From positions 293,373 to 357,372 of the forward strand of contig CAWGHH010000001.1 of NCBI GenBank assembly GCA_963822405.1: 64,000 nt of DNA, given 5' to 3'. The translations under genes and the position numbers were made by a program. Source of the DNA: Candidatus Uhrbacteria bacterium (GTDB lineage Bacteria > Patescibacteriota > Patescibacteriia > UBA9934). This document shows, piece after piece, positions 56,150 to 64,000 of the stretch. Positions within the stretch are counted from its first letter, which is position 1; every line of letters begins with the position of its first letter. The notes beneath the pieces are model-generated. The model worked only from the letters and a program-made list of their open reading frames with translations. It did not search any database and was not told where the DNA came from.

Positions 56150-56157
56150 GTATACGC

Positions 56158-56583
56158 CTAGGCCTCTACATCAACTCCCATCTGTCGTGCAGTACCAGCA
56201 ATGATCTTCATAGCTGCGTCTACATCTTTTGTGTTCAAGTCTGGCATCTTGCGTTCAGCAATGTCACGGAGCTGGGCCTTAGTGAGCTTGCCAACTTTTT
56301 CCGTGAGTGGCTTGCCGGAACCTGCTTTGAGGTTCAGCATCTTCTTAATCATGTCAGAGGCTGGAGCCGTCTTCAGGATGAAAGAGAATGAACGATCTTC
56401 GAAAATGGTGATAACAGCTGGTACGGTTTCTCCACGGCGATCCTGCGTTTTCGCATTGAACTCCATGACGAAGGCCTGGATGTTAATACCTTGCTGACCG
56501 AGCACCGGACCAAGTGGTGGTGCTGGTGTAGCCGCACCTCCAATTGCTTGCACTTTGATGATAGCCTTGATTTTCTTGGCCAT
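56158..56583 (-). CDS. rplK: 50S ribosomal protein L11
   Basis: ORF-track 56158-56709. Likely start MAKKIKAIIK (codon 43). PPLGPVLGQQGINI hallmark. Confidence 0.9.
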   Translation of the reverse strand: MAKKIKAIIKVQAIGGAATPAPPLGPVLGQQGINIQAFVMEFNAKTQDRRGETVPAVITIFEDRSFSFILKTAPASDMIKKMLNLKAGSGKPLTEKVGKLTKAQLRDIAERKMPDLNTKDVDAAMKIIAGTARQMGVDVEA

Positions 56584-56746
56584 ACGAGTGTTTTTATTAG
56601 TAGATTCCCAGGAATTTACCTGAGCGACTACCTCGTGAATTACGGCCGGATTGTGCCGTTTTTGCGAAGTAATGTCAAATACGACAGAGATGGGGGTGTA
56701 CACTGTCACTGTTGCCTAGCTAATTTTGATCGTAAAGTATTTCATT

Positions 56747-57166
56747 ATGGAAAAGACGTTTATTTGGACGAACGAGTATTCGGTGCACGTAGCTGAAATT
56801 GATGAACAACATAAAGAGTTTTTGAATATCTGTAATGGTTTGGTCGAATTGTCCAAGGATCCATCTTTTACGCAGGAAGAGGCCTTGAAGAGAGTCGCTA
56901 AGCTTGGAGATTACGCTTTTTATCACTTGGCTTTTGAAGAAGAATTATTCGTGAAGACAGGCTATCCAGACGGTCCATTGCATACTGAAGTCCATGACAA
57001 ATTTAGAGAGAAAGCGAAGAGTGTTATTGATCTGGCTCGGCAGGGTGGTATCGAGACTAAAGAACTGACAGACATTGCAGATTTTGCTGTGAGTTGGATC
57101 TTGGGACATATCTTGCATATGGATAAGAAGTATTCTGATTACTTTAATGCCCACGGGATCAAGTAG
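56747..57166 (+). CDS. hemerythrin-like (bacteriohemerythrin) protein
   Basis: ORF-track 56726-57166. Likely start MEKTFIW. W-x-x-YSVHVAEIDEQHKEF and H-x-x-x-E / HILHMD iron ligands. Confidence 0.65.
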   Translation: MEKTFIWTNEYSVHVAEIDEQHKEFLNICNGLVELSKDPSFTQEEALKRVAKLGDYAFYHLAFEEELFVKTGYPDGPLHTEVHDKFREKAKSVIDLARQGGIETKELTDIADFAVSWILGHILHMDKKYSDYFNAHGIK

Positions 57167-57182
57167 TTTGTAGATCAAAAAC

Positions 57183-57212
57183 AAAACGAGCTCCGCGAGG
57201 GGCTCGTTTTGT
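57183..57212. terminator. bidirectional intrinsic terminator (AAAA-CGAGC-TCCGCGAGGG-GCTCG-TTTT) between convergent hemerythrin and nusG
   Basis: Read directly. Confidence 0.5.
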
Positions 57213-57217
57213 GCTTT

Positions 57218-57763
57218 TTAAACCTTTTTGACTTGAAGGAAATCCAGTTCAAGTGGTGTTTCACGGCCGAACATAGAGACCATGACTTTGATCTTGCCAC
57301 GGGCTTCATCCACCTCCTCGACCTTGCCCTGTTGGGCTTTGAATGGACCGTCAGTGATGGCCACGATGTCGCCTTTAGTGACGTCAATCTTGAATTCTGG
57401 TTCTGAGACGCCTACGCGCTTCATGAGGGCGTCGACTTCTTCTTGAGCAATTGGGGTAGGGGTGTTACCGGTTCCAATGAAGCCGGTGACGTTTGGGGTG
57501 TTGCGAACAACGTACCAAGAATCATCCGTTACGATCATCTCGACTAGCACATAGCCAGGGAAGATCTTCTCTTCTATTACTTTACGAGCGCCGTTCTTGA
57601 TTTTGATCTTCTTTTCTTTTGGCACAATAACCGCGAAGATTTTCTCCGACATGTCCATGGTGTCAATGCGCTGTTTTAAGCTCTCCGTCACGTTCTCCTC
57701 ATATCCGGAGTAGGTGTGGATAGCGTACCAGCGTCGGCCGTAATTGGCTGTTTGTTTTGCCAT
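57218..57763 (-). CDS. nusG: transcription termination/antitermination factor NusG
   Basis: 181 aa. RRWYAIHTYSGYE. C-terminal KOW domain (GDIVAITDGPFKAQQGKV). Confidence 0.9.
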   Translation of the reverse strand: MAKQTANYGRRWYAIHTYSGYEENVTESLKQRIDTMDMSEKIFAVIVPKEKKIKIKNGARKVIEEKIFPGYVLVEMIVTDDSWYVVRNTPNVTGFIGTGNTPTPIAQEEVDALMKRVGVSEPEFKIDVTKGDIVAITDGPFKAQQGKVEEVDEARGKIKVMVSMFGRETPLELDFLQVKKV

Positions 57764-57768
57764 AAAAA

Positions 57769-57981
57769 TTATTTGCCTGAAGTGAGCTGTACCAAAGCCT
57801 TAAGGCCAACTGTGAATAGCTCGTCAATTACCCCAAAGTAAGTGGCAAGGACGAAGCAGACACCAACCACTACACTAGAGTATAGCAAGGCCTGTTTTTG
57901 GGTGGGCCAGGTCACTTTTTTGAGTTCGTCCCGCGCTTCCAGGAAGTACCGGACAGCTGGGTTCTTTGTCAGACTAAACAT
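57769..57981 (-). CDS. secE: preprotein translocase subunit SecE
   Basis: ORF-track 57769-58053. Likely start MFSLTKNP. ELKKVTWPTQKQ plus a single C-terminal TM helix. Confidence 0.7.
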   Translation of the reverse strand: MFSLTKNPAVRYFLEARDELKKVTWPTQKQALLYSSVVVGVCFVLATYFGVIDELFTVGLKALVQLTSGK

Positions 57982-58133
57982 ATAAGTTTTTAAAAAACCC
58001 CTACCCGGGGAATTTCTTAGCGCGATGATACCAAGTATTAAATGGCTTGGCAAGACCTTTGCACACGTCTAGCCCAGAAAAGTGCGGTATACTTCATGAA
58101 GAATTAACAGGGGGTATTTTTTGTCTGTATATT

Positions 58134-58517
58134 ATGAAGAAGAACGCTGGTTTGAAGAAAGTGCTTATTGCGGAGGACGAAAAGCCATTGGGACGAGCCT
58201 TGGAGTTGAAGCTTACTAACTCGGGCTACGAGGTTATTGTGTCCGCAAACGGCCAGGAAGCCATTGACCAACTCAAGAAAGGCGGTTTTGCTGTTTTACT
58301 TTTAGATCTCATGATGCCCAAGGTGGATGGTTTTGGTGTTCTTGAGTTTATGAAGAAGAGCGGTGACAAGACGCCGGTGATCGTACTTACTAATTTGAGC
58401 CAGCCTGAAGATGAAAAACGTGTGAAGGACTTGGGTGCTAAGGAATTTTTTGTTAAATCCGATACCCCAATTTCTACCATCGTCACCCAGGTTAAGCATC
58501 TCCTAGGAGATGTATGA
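58134..58517 (+). CDS. single-domain response regulator (CheY-like receiver)
   Basis: ORF-track 58047-58517. Likely start MKKNAG at 58134. KVLIAEDE. Phospho-acceptor LLLDLMMP. VIVLT. K at the conserved position. Confidence 0.75.
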   Translation: MKKNAGLKKVLIAEDEKPLGRALELKLTNSGYEVIVSANGQEAIDQLKKGGFAVLLLDLMMPKVDGFGVLEFMKKSGDKTPVIVLTNLSQPEDEKRVKDLGAKEFFVKSDTPISTIVTQVKHLLGDV

Positions 58518-60196
58518 TGATTTTTGATGATGACATATTAAAAAAAATACTCCTTGACGGAAGCTACGTCACGGCAGAAATTTTATCAAAGGCGGATGCT
58601 TATGTCAGTAAGCATAAGATGCCACTTATTGATCATCTAATAGCTAAAGAATACGTCACTAAGAATCTGCTCGGTCAGGCTATTGCCGAGCACTTGAAAA
58701 TTTCTTTTTCTGATCTCAAGGCTCATCCGCCTTCTAAAGCGCAGGTACTAAAGATTCCAGAGGCGATAGCGAAGAAATTACGAATTGTTGTTTTTGCTGA
58801 AGATAAAAAGAAAGTCGTCGTCACTTCAGATAACCCCGCCGAAGCCAGGATTCGTCGGGCCGTACAGGGAATTTTTCCAAATCGCGAGTTAGTTATTTCG
58901 TACTCTCTTCCGGAGGATATTGACGTTTGTTTTATTAATTATCAGACTTCACTCGCGACTCGCTTTTCCGAAATTATTAAGAGTCAGCATCAGGTGGCGC
59001 CGGAACTTTTCAATGCGATTATTTCTGATGCTCTCATGTTTCGTGCGTCTGATATTCACTTCGAGCCCTTGCCGAATGAGGTGGTGGTTCGTTTCCGTGT
59101 AGACGGTGCTTTGCGCGAGGCTGGGAAAATTCCCAAAGAATATTACGAAAACTTGTTAAACAGGATAAAGATTCAGGGGCGCATGCGGATTGATGAGCAC
59201 TTTGCGGCCCAGGATGGTTCGATGCGTTCTGAGCAGGGGAATAAGGTTGTGGATCTTCGCGCTTCTATTGTCCCTACGATCGAGGGGGAGAAGATCGTGT
59301 TGCGTTTGTTGACGTCGTATGTCCAGGGTTTTTCGTTGGCGAATTTGGGACTACTCGACCGCGAACAGGAAATTTTGGCCAAAGCCGCCAAGAAACCGTT
59401 CGGCATGATCCTGGTGGCTGGTCCAACTGGTTCCGGTAAGACGACCACGCTGTACGCCGTTCTTAAGATGCTACATCAACCGGATGTGAACATTACGACG
59501 ATTGAAGATCCCGTCGAGTATAAAGTTGAAGGCATTAACCAGATCCAGGTGAATTTACAGACCGGCTTAACTTTTGCTAAGGGTTTACGTTCCGTTGTTC
59601 GCCAAGATCCAGACATTATTTTGGTGGGAGAAATTCGTGATAAAGAAACGGCTGAAATCGCCGTGAATGCCGCATTGACCGGACATCTTTTGTTGTCGAC
59701 ATTTCACGCTAACGACGCTACCACTGCCATTCCTCGTCTACTCGACATGGGTATTGAGCCATTCTTGTTGGCTTCGACCTTGAATGTGGTCATTGCTCAG
59801 CGACTTGTGCGCAAAATTTGTGATAGCTGCAAACATAGCATCGAGGTACCGTTGAAAGACATGCCTCTAAAACATGCCGAGCGATTCTTTGGTAAAGGTA
59901 AGGCGACCGTGTATGAGGGTAAGACCTGCGCAGCCTGTAATTTTACGGGCTTCAAAGGACGCTTGGCGATTGTTGAGATTATCGAGGCAACTCCAGAACT
60001 TCAAGCATTGGTTTTATCTAACCCTTCTTCGCAACAGGTTTGGGCGCTTGCTCAAAAGCAAGGCTCGCATTCTTTGTTTGAAGACGGCATAGAAAAAGTA
60101 AAAAATGGCATGACTACTTTGGCTGAACTTTTGCGTGTAGCTGAGCCACCCTCGGGCGTAGTCCGTCCTACGGGCGAGCCGGCGGATTCTCGTTAA
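58514..60196 (+). CDS. pilB: type IV pilus assembly ATPase PilB (GspE family)
   Basis: 560 aa. N-terminal GSPII_E_N domain. Walker A VAGPTGSGKTTT. C-terminal tetracysteine (CDSCK...CAACNFTG). Confidence 0.85.
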   Translation: MMIFDDDILKKILLDGSYVTAEILSKADAYVSKHKMPLIDHLIAKEYVTKNLLGQAIAEHLKISFSDLKAHPPSKAQVLKIPEAIAKKLRIVVFAEDKKKVVVTSDNPAEARIRRAVQGIFPNRELVISYSLPEDIDVCFINYQTSLATRFSEIIKSQHQVAPELFNAIISDALMFRASDIHFEPLPNEVVVRFRVDGALREAGKIPKEYYENLLNRIKIQGRMRIDEHFAAQDGSMRSEQGNKVVDLRASIVPTIEGEKIVLRLLTSYVQGFSLANLGLLDREQEILAKAAKKPFGMILVAGPTGSGKTTTLYAVLKMLHQPDVNITTIEDPVEYKVEGINQIQVNLQTGLTFAKGLRSVVRQDPDIILVGEIRDKETAEIAVNAALTGHLLLSTFHANDATTAIPRLLDMGIEPFLLASTLNVVIAQRLVRKICDSCKHSIEVPLKDMPLKHAERFFGKGKATVYEGKTCAACNFTGFKGRLAIVEIIEATPELQALVLSNPSSQQVWALAQKQGSHSLFEDGIEKVKNGMTTLAELLRVAEPPSGVVRPTGEPADSR

Positions 60197-60199
60197 GTT

Positions 60200-61315
60200 A
60201 TGCCTACCCTAATATCCTATCTCGCCCAGATAAAAACTTATCTTGAGAGTATTCATTTTGGTCTTGGCAAGGACAAGGAATATTTTATTGAAAATTTGAG
60301 TTTGCTCGCTTCTTCTGGTATGGGCGTGGGGCAATCGATCGACTCTATCATGGCCGAAGTTCGTTCAAAAGAAATGCGTGCCATTCTTCTCAAGATGAAA
60401 GATGATGTCGAGTCTGGATCGTCGCTTTGGCGGGCGCTCGAAAAGACTGGTTTGTTCCCGGAGCATACGATTTCGCTTTTAAGGATCGGTGAGGAGTCGG
60501 GAAAGCTCGTGCAGAATCTAAAGGTTATTGGTGCCCAAGAAGAAAAAGAGCGAGTGTTTCGCGGACAGTTACAAGCGGCCATGCTTTATCCGATGTTCGT
60601 TCTCACCTTTACTATTGTTATTGGCGTGGGCGTAGCTTGGTTCATCTTGCCGAAACTATCCACAGTGTTTACTTCGATGAAAGTAGAGCTGCCTTTGATT
60701 ACAAAAATTTTAATGGCAGTTGGTAGCTTGTTGGCCGGACAGGGAATAATTATTGTTCCGTTATTTCTTGGAACTATAGCCGTCTTGTTGTTTGTTGTAT
60801 TTTTCTATCCGCCGACTAGATTCTTGGGTCGAAACTTAATGAGCTCGTTACCTGGCATTGGTCGACTAATCCAGGAACTCGAGATTGCTCGCTTCTCCTA
60901 TCTTCTAGGTACTTTGTTAGAAGCCGGTATTCCGGTGACTCACTCGCTCGATTTGCTCGAGAAGGCAACTTCCTTTCCGTATTACCAAAAACATTATCGT
61001 CATCTTCGATTGCATCTAGACGAAGGTTATTCTTTTCAAAAAAGTTTTGCGTCATATCCAAAAGCATCTCATTGGATTCCGGCGCCAGTTCAACAGCTAG
61101 TAGTGGCGGGGGAGCAGTCGGGGAACTTAACTGAAATCCTCGCCAAGATCAGTGCGTCTTATGAGGAGAAGACTTCTTTGACGACGAAGAATTTAACGGT
61201 CATTCTTGAGCCTATTCTATTGGTTATTGTTTGGCTTGGAGTGCTCGGCGTCGCACTTTCCGTGATTCTGCCGATCTATGGTTTGATTGGTGGGTTTAAT
61301 TCGCAAAGTATCTAG
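60200..61315 (+). CDS. pilC: type IV pilus platform protein PilC (GspF family)
   Basis: 371 aa. Two GspF repeats. 3 TM helices. Confidence 0.85.
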   Translation: MPTLISYLAQIKTYLESIHFGLGKDKEYFIENLSLLASSGMGVGQSIDSIMAEVRSKEMRAILLKMKDDVESGSSLWRALEKTGLFPEHTISLLRIGEESGKLVQNLKVIGAQEEKERVFRGQLQAAMLYPMFVLTFTIVIGVGVAWFILPKLSTVFTSMKVELPLITKILMAVGSLLAGQGIIIVPLFLGTIAVLLFVVFFYPPTRFLGRNLMSSLPGIGRLIQELEIARFSYLLGTLLEAGIPVTHSLDLLEKATSFPYYQKHYRHLRLHLDEGYSFQKSFASYPKASHWIPAPVQQLVVAGEQSGNLTEILAKISASYEEKTSLTTKNLTVILEPILLVIVWLGVLGVALSVILPIYGLIGGFNSQSI

Positions 61316-61320
61316 CTGAT

Positions 61321-61761
61321 ATGATCACCGCGCCAAAGGGATTCACTCTCCTCGAGTTGCTACTCTCCATGGCGATCATTGCCATTTTGGCCGCTATTGC
61401 TATTCCGTTTTATTCGTCATATCAGACTAAGAATGATTTTCATATTGCCCTTGAAACCACGGTTCAGTCGCTTCGTCATGCTCAGGTGCTTGCTCAAGCG
61501 GTCGACGGCGATACCTCGTGGGGCGTTCATGTTGAATCTGGAAGTATCGTCTTGTTTCAAGGGGTTGATTACGCTTCGCGGAACGTCGAGCTCGATGAAT
61601 CCTCGACCATGCCAGGAACTATTTCAGTAGCTGGTTTGTCAGATGTTGTATTCGCAAAATTTACCGGTCTTCCGTCAGCTACTGGAACGATGACGTTCAC
61701 TTCGGCTCCCAGCAACTCAGCGAGCGTAACTGTGAACGCAACGGGAATGGTCGATTACTAA
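61321..61761 (+). CDS. prepilin-type N-terminal cleavage/methylation domain protein (pilin-like)
   Basis: MITAPKGFTLLELLLSMAIIAILAAIAIPFY (class III signal peptide G/FTLxE). Confidence 0.65.
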   Translation: MITAPKGFTLLELLLSMAIIAILAAIAIPFYSSYQTKNDFHIALETTVQSLRHAQVLAQAVDGDTSWGVHVESGSIVLFQGVDYASRNVELDESSTMPGTISVAGLSDVVFAKFTGLPSATGTMTFTSAPSNSASVTVNATGMVDY

Positions 61762-61762
61762 T

Positions 61763-62203
61763 ATGAAACACCAACCCGCCGGATTCGTTTTAGTGGAAGT
61801 CATGTTAGCGTCATTTCTTTTTTTATTACTCGTGGTAGCTCTCGGCAGTGCGTTGTTGTATGGGCAGGAGTCCACGGTTTTGGCTGGCAATCGGGCGCGC
61901 GCCATATTTTTAGCCGAGGAAGGGCTGGAGGCTGTGCGAAATATTCGTGACGAGGATTACACTTTGTTGACGAACGGCGTTTATGGATTGGCAGACGCAA
62001 CGGGAACATGGACTCTCTCGGGATCGAGTGACGTCAGTGGCGAATTCACACGAACTATTACTATCTCGGACGCTGGGGTCGGGGCAAAAGAAATATCGTC
62101 TGAGGTCACGTGGACGCAGACCGCTCGAAGACTCGGCGATGTGATTTTGGTCACGCATTTATCCGATTGGACTGTGCCTCCTCCGCCACCGCCAGCACCG
62201 TAA
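61763..62203 (+). CDS. pilin-like protein (minor pilin candidate)
   Basis: MKHQPAGFVLVEVMLASFLFLLLVVAL (G-F-x-L-x-E plus a hydrophobic helix). Confidence 0.5.
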   Translation: MKHQPAGFVLVEVMLASFLFLLLVVALGSALLYGQESTVLAGNRARAIFLAEEGLEAVRNIRDEDYTLLTNGVYGLADATGTWTLSGSSDVSGEFTRTITISDAGVGAKEISSEVTWTQTARRLGDVILVTHLSDWTVPPPPPPAP

Positions 62204-62207
62204 GAAT

Positions 62208-62708
62208 ATGCATAATCAAAAGGGTTTTACGCTAATTGAGCTACTACTATATATAGGTATTTCTGGCATTGTATTATTTTCGTTGTCAGTCTTCTTCTCG
62301 GTTCTGCTTAACTCGCGAATCAAAAGTGAGACTGTGGCCGAAGTAGACGGGCAAGGCATGGCGATTATGAGCTTAATGACTCAATCAATTAGAAATGCAG
62401 ACAGCATTTCTCTACCGGTAGCTGGCGCATCAGGTTCGTCGTTGACTCTACTGATCGACGACGTTGCTTCGAGTCCAATGATCTATTCTGTTGTCGACAA
62501 TACATTAATGATGACGAGCGGTTTAGATGCTCCAGTGGCGCTCACAAATGGAAATGTGCAGGTTACTGGATTTCAAATTGAGAACACTTCGCGAGTAGGC
62601 ACGCGGGGTAACGTGAGAATTACTTTTACGCTGTCTCGTCTTAATCTCTCGGGAGGAAACGAGTATGATTACGCTCAGACATTTGAAGGATCGGCTAGTT
62701 TGCGGTAG
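62208..62708 (+). CDS. prepilin-type pilin-like protein
   Basis: MHNQKGFTLIELLLYIGISGIVLFSL. Confidence 0.65.
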   Translation: MHNQKGFTLIELLLYIGISGIVLFSLSVFFSVLLNSRIKSETVAEVDGQGMAIMSLMTQSIRNADSISLPVAGASGSSLTLLIDDVASSPMIYSVVDNTLMMTSGLDAPVALTNGNVQVTGFQIENTSRVGTRGNVRITFTLSRLNLSGGNEYDYAQTFEGSASLR

Positions 62709-62725
62709 CAAAAATTCTCTTTCTT

Positions 62726-63151
62726 ATGGACAAATTTTCACGGACGCCAGAAAGGCTATATACTACATCTCGTGGCGGGTATATTACGCTCATTAGCGTA
62801 CTCGTAGTTGGAGCTGTAGGAGTATCAGTTACCGTTTCGCTTTTGCTCCTTGGGATTGGCGCGACCAGAGTTAGTTCAGTGGTCGAGGAATCGGCACTAG
62901 CGAGGGGTTTTGCGGACGCCTGCGCAGAAGATGCGCTTGGGGAAATTCACAGTTCTGCAGTTTGCGCTGGCGGCGGAGTTCGAACGTTTGTTCGCGGGTC
63001 TTGCGCTTCGACCGTCTCGAGCGCAGGGGCTACGTGCGTGATCGCTTCGGCGGGAACTGTTGGCACAGTGGTGAGGCGTACGAAGGTTATATTGTCCAGT
63101 GTTACTCCAGCGCCGGTAGTGCTGTCCTGGCGGGAGGTGGCAGATTTTTAA
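62726..63151 (+). CDS. pilin-like/PilX-like protein with N-terminal hydrophobic helix
   Basis: 141 aa. GGYITLISVLVVGAVGVSVTVSLLLLG. Confidence 0.35.
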   Translation: MDKFSRTPERLYTTSRGGYITLISVLVVGAVGVSVTVSLLLLGIGATRVSSVVEESALARGFADACAEDALGEIHSSAVCAGGGVRTFVRGSCASTVSSAGATCVIASAGTVGTVVRRTKVILSSVTPAPVVLSWREVADF

Positions 63152-63189
63152 AAGCTAGAATTCACGAGATATTTTTATACATAACCTGT

Positions 63190-63663
63190 ATGGGCATAAG
63201 ACTGACGCCAATTAAAGAAAAGCATAAAATAGCTGGATTCACTCTCCTTGAAATGCTTCTCGTGGTCGCACTTATCGCAATTTTGGCGAGCATAGTTATT
63301 TTAGCTATTAACCCAGGAAAACAGTTGGCCGAGGCGCGTAATGCTCAGAGACGATCAGATGTGAATACTATTCTGAACGCCGTTTACCAGTACGCCATTG
63401 ATCATAATGGTCTTTTGCCAGCGAGCATTTCTTCTGGGACGGAGTCGCCAATTTGTAAGGAAGGAGTGGTGGATTGTGGTTTGAACGCGGATTTTACTGT
63501 TTTAACTACTGACGCCACTTACATTACCGCCATACCTCAGGATCCAAATGCGTCATGCGAGACCGGTAGTTCGTGCTATACGGTTTTTCAATCATTAACT
63601 GGCCGGGTAACTATTGCCGCTCCTTACGCGGAAAACGGAGCAATCATAAGTGTGACACGGTAA
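63190..63663 (+). CDS. type IV pilin (prepilin with class III signal peptide)
   Basis: ORF-track 62962-63663. Likely start MGIRLTPIKEKHKIAGFTLLEMLLVVALIAILASIVI at 63190. Confidence 0.65.
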   Translation: MGIRLTPIKEKHKIAGFTLLEMLLVVALIAILASIVILAINPGKQLAEARNAQRRSDVNTILNAVYQYAIDHNGLLPASISSGTESPICKEGVVDCGLNADFTVLTTDATYITAIPQDPNASCETGSSCYTVFQSLTGRVTIAAPYAENGAIISVTR

Positions 63664-63675
63664 TACATTGCCGTT

Positions 63676-64000
63676 GTGAACAGGCCCAAAAAATACCTTT
63701 CAATTAGAACTAAAGTTGTCGGATTGGTTATTTTAAGTGCAGTTAGCTTTACTGTGCTTGTATATTATATTTCTTCACAGATTTTATTAGGAAGCTATTT
63801 GAAAATTGAAAGCGATAGCACAATAGCTAATGTTCATCGGGCTAATGACGCTTTGGAGAACATGATTAATAAACTAGACGTTAAACTAGTTGATTGGGCT
63901 TTTTGGGATGATACTTATCAGTTCGCGATCGATCAAAATTCAGCCTATGCTGATTCGAATTTGGGGATGATCTCGCTGTCGAACCTTGAGATAAATGGAT
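63676..64000 (+). CDS. N-terminal part of a membrane-anchored protein (possible sensor; runs off window end)
   Basis: GTG at 63676. Open to the end of the window. TM helix VVGLVILSAVSFTVLVYYI, then ...KLVDWAFWDDTYQF. Confidence 0.3.
   Translation, partial: MNRPKKYLSIRTKVVGLVILSAVSFTVLVYYISSQILLGSYLKIESDSTIANVHRANDALENMINKLDVKLVDWAFWDDTYQFAIDQNSAYADSNLGMISLSNLEING

Noticed and set aside
57982-58133. Expected tRNA-Trp upstream of secE
   Set aside because: No T-loop (GGTTCGA or GTTCAAATC) or acceptor pairing was found on either strand in this gap.
1-64000. CRISPR arrays, rRNA genes, transposases or integrases
   Set aside because: No regularly spaced direct repeats with unique spacers, no rRNA-like sequence and no DDE or tyrosine-recombinase signatures were seen. 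The only tandem and interspersed repeats are those reported (the hsdS 12-mer array and the GT-rich inverted-repeat family).

Overview
This 64 kb window is from a compact bacterial chromosome, with tightly packed and often overlapping genes. Minimal-domain aminoacyl-tRNA synthetases and a type IV pilus cluster are consistent with a small-genome Patescibacteria/CPR-like lineage, but that is inference only.

Housekeeping blocks:
- 1-13 kb: TolB-like propeller, ClpC-like ATPase, HtpX, LemA, phosphohexomutase, RseP, pheS, pheT.
- 32-40 kb: metK with a SAM-I riboswitch, a tRNA, dnaE, and thrS (frameshifted).
- 45-64 kb: miaA, gatB, dut, folA, thyA, dCMP deaminase, rplK-rplA, nusG-secE, hemerythrin, a response regulator, pilB, pilC and five pilin-like genes.

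A roughly 18 kb AT-rich accessory island (about 13.2-31 kb) carries:
- a zeta-toxin family kinase;
- two Fic genes with sigma70 promoters and operator-like repeats;
- a complete type I restriction-modification system (hsdM, hsdS, hsdR);
- a T5orf172 protein, a DUF2779-like nuclease/exonuclease, and a RhuM-Doc fusion.

The most interesting observation is inside that restriction-modification system. Four genes sit between hsdM and hsdS, two of them translationally coupled to hsdS: a truncated RhuM fragment, an ORC/Cdc6-like AAA+ ATPase with a winged helix, a small membrane protein, and a PD-(D/E)xK nuclease that may be DUF4263/Shedu-like. hsdS also carries a 4-copy 12-bp tandem repeat in its central spacer.

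The second is a family of GT-rich 'GGGTGTAGG' inverted-repeat elements. Their left ends carry TAG stops in all three frames and their right ends finish in ...CCCTATG, which supplies the start codon of pheS, thrS and a small membrane protein. One copy carries a four-helix-bundle (23S-IVS family) gene, one is an empty repeat pair, and one lies in-frame inside pheT.

Other points: an orphan MazF-like gene between pheS and pheT; a GC-rich three-gene cassette abutting a C-terminally short metK; a tRNA whose anticodon arm does not fold canonically; and a 3' remnant of a second DUF2779 gene.

No CRISPR array, rRNA or transposase was seen. All coordinates were counted by hand from the printed sequence.
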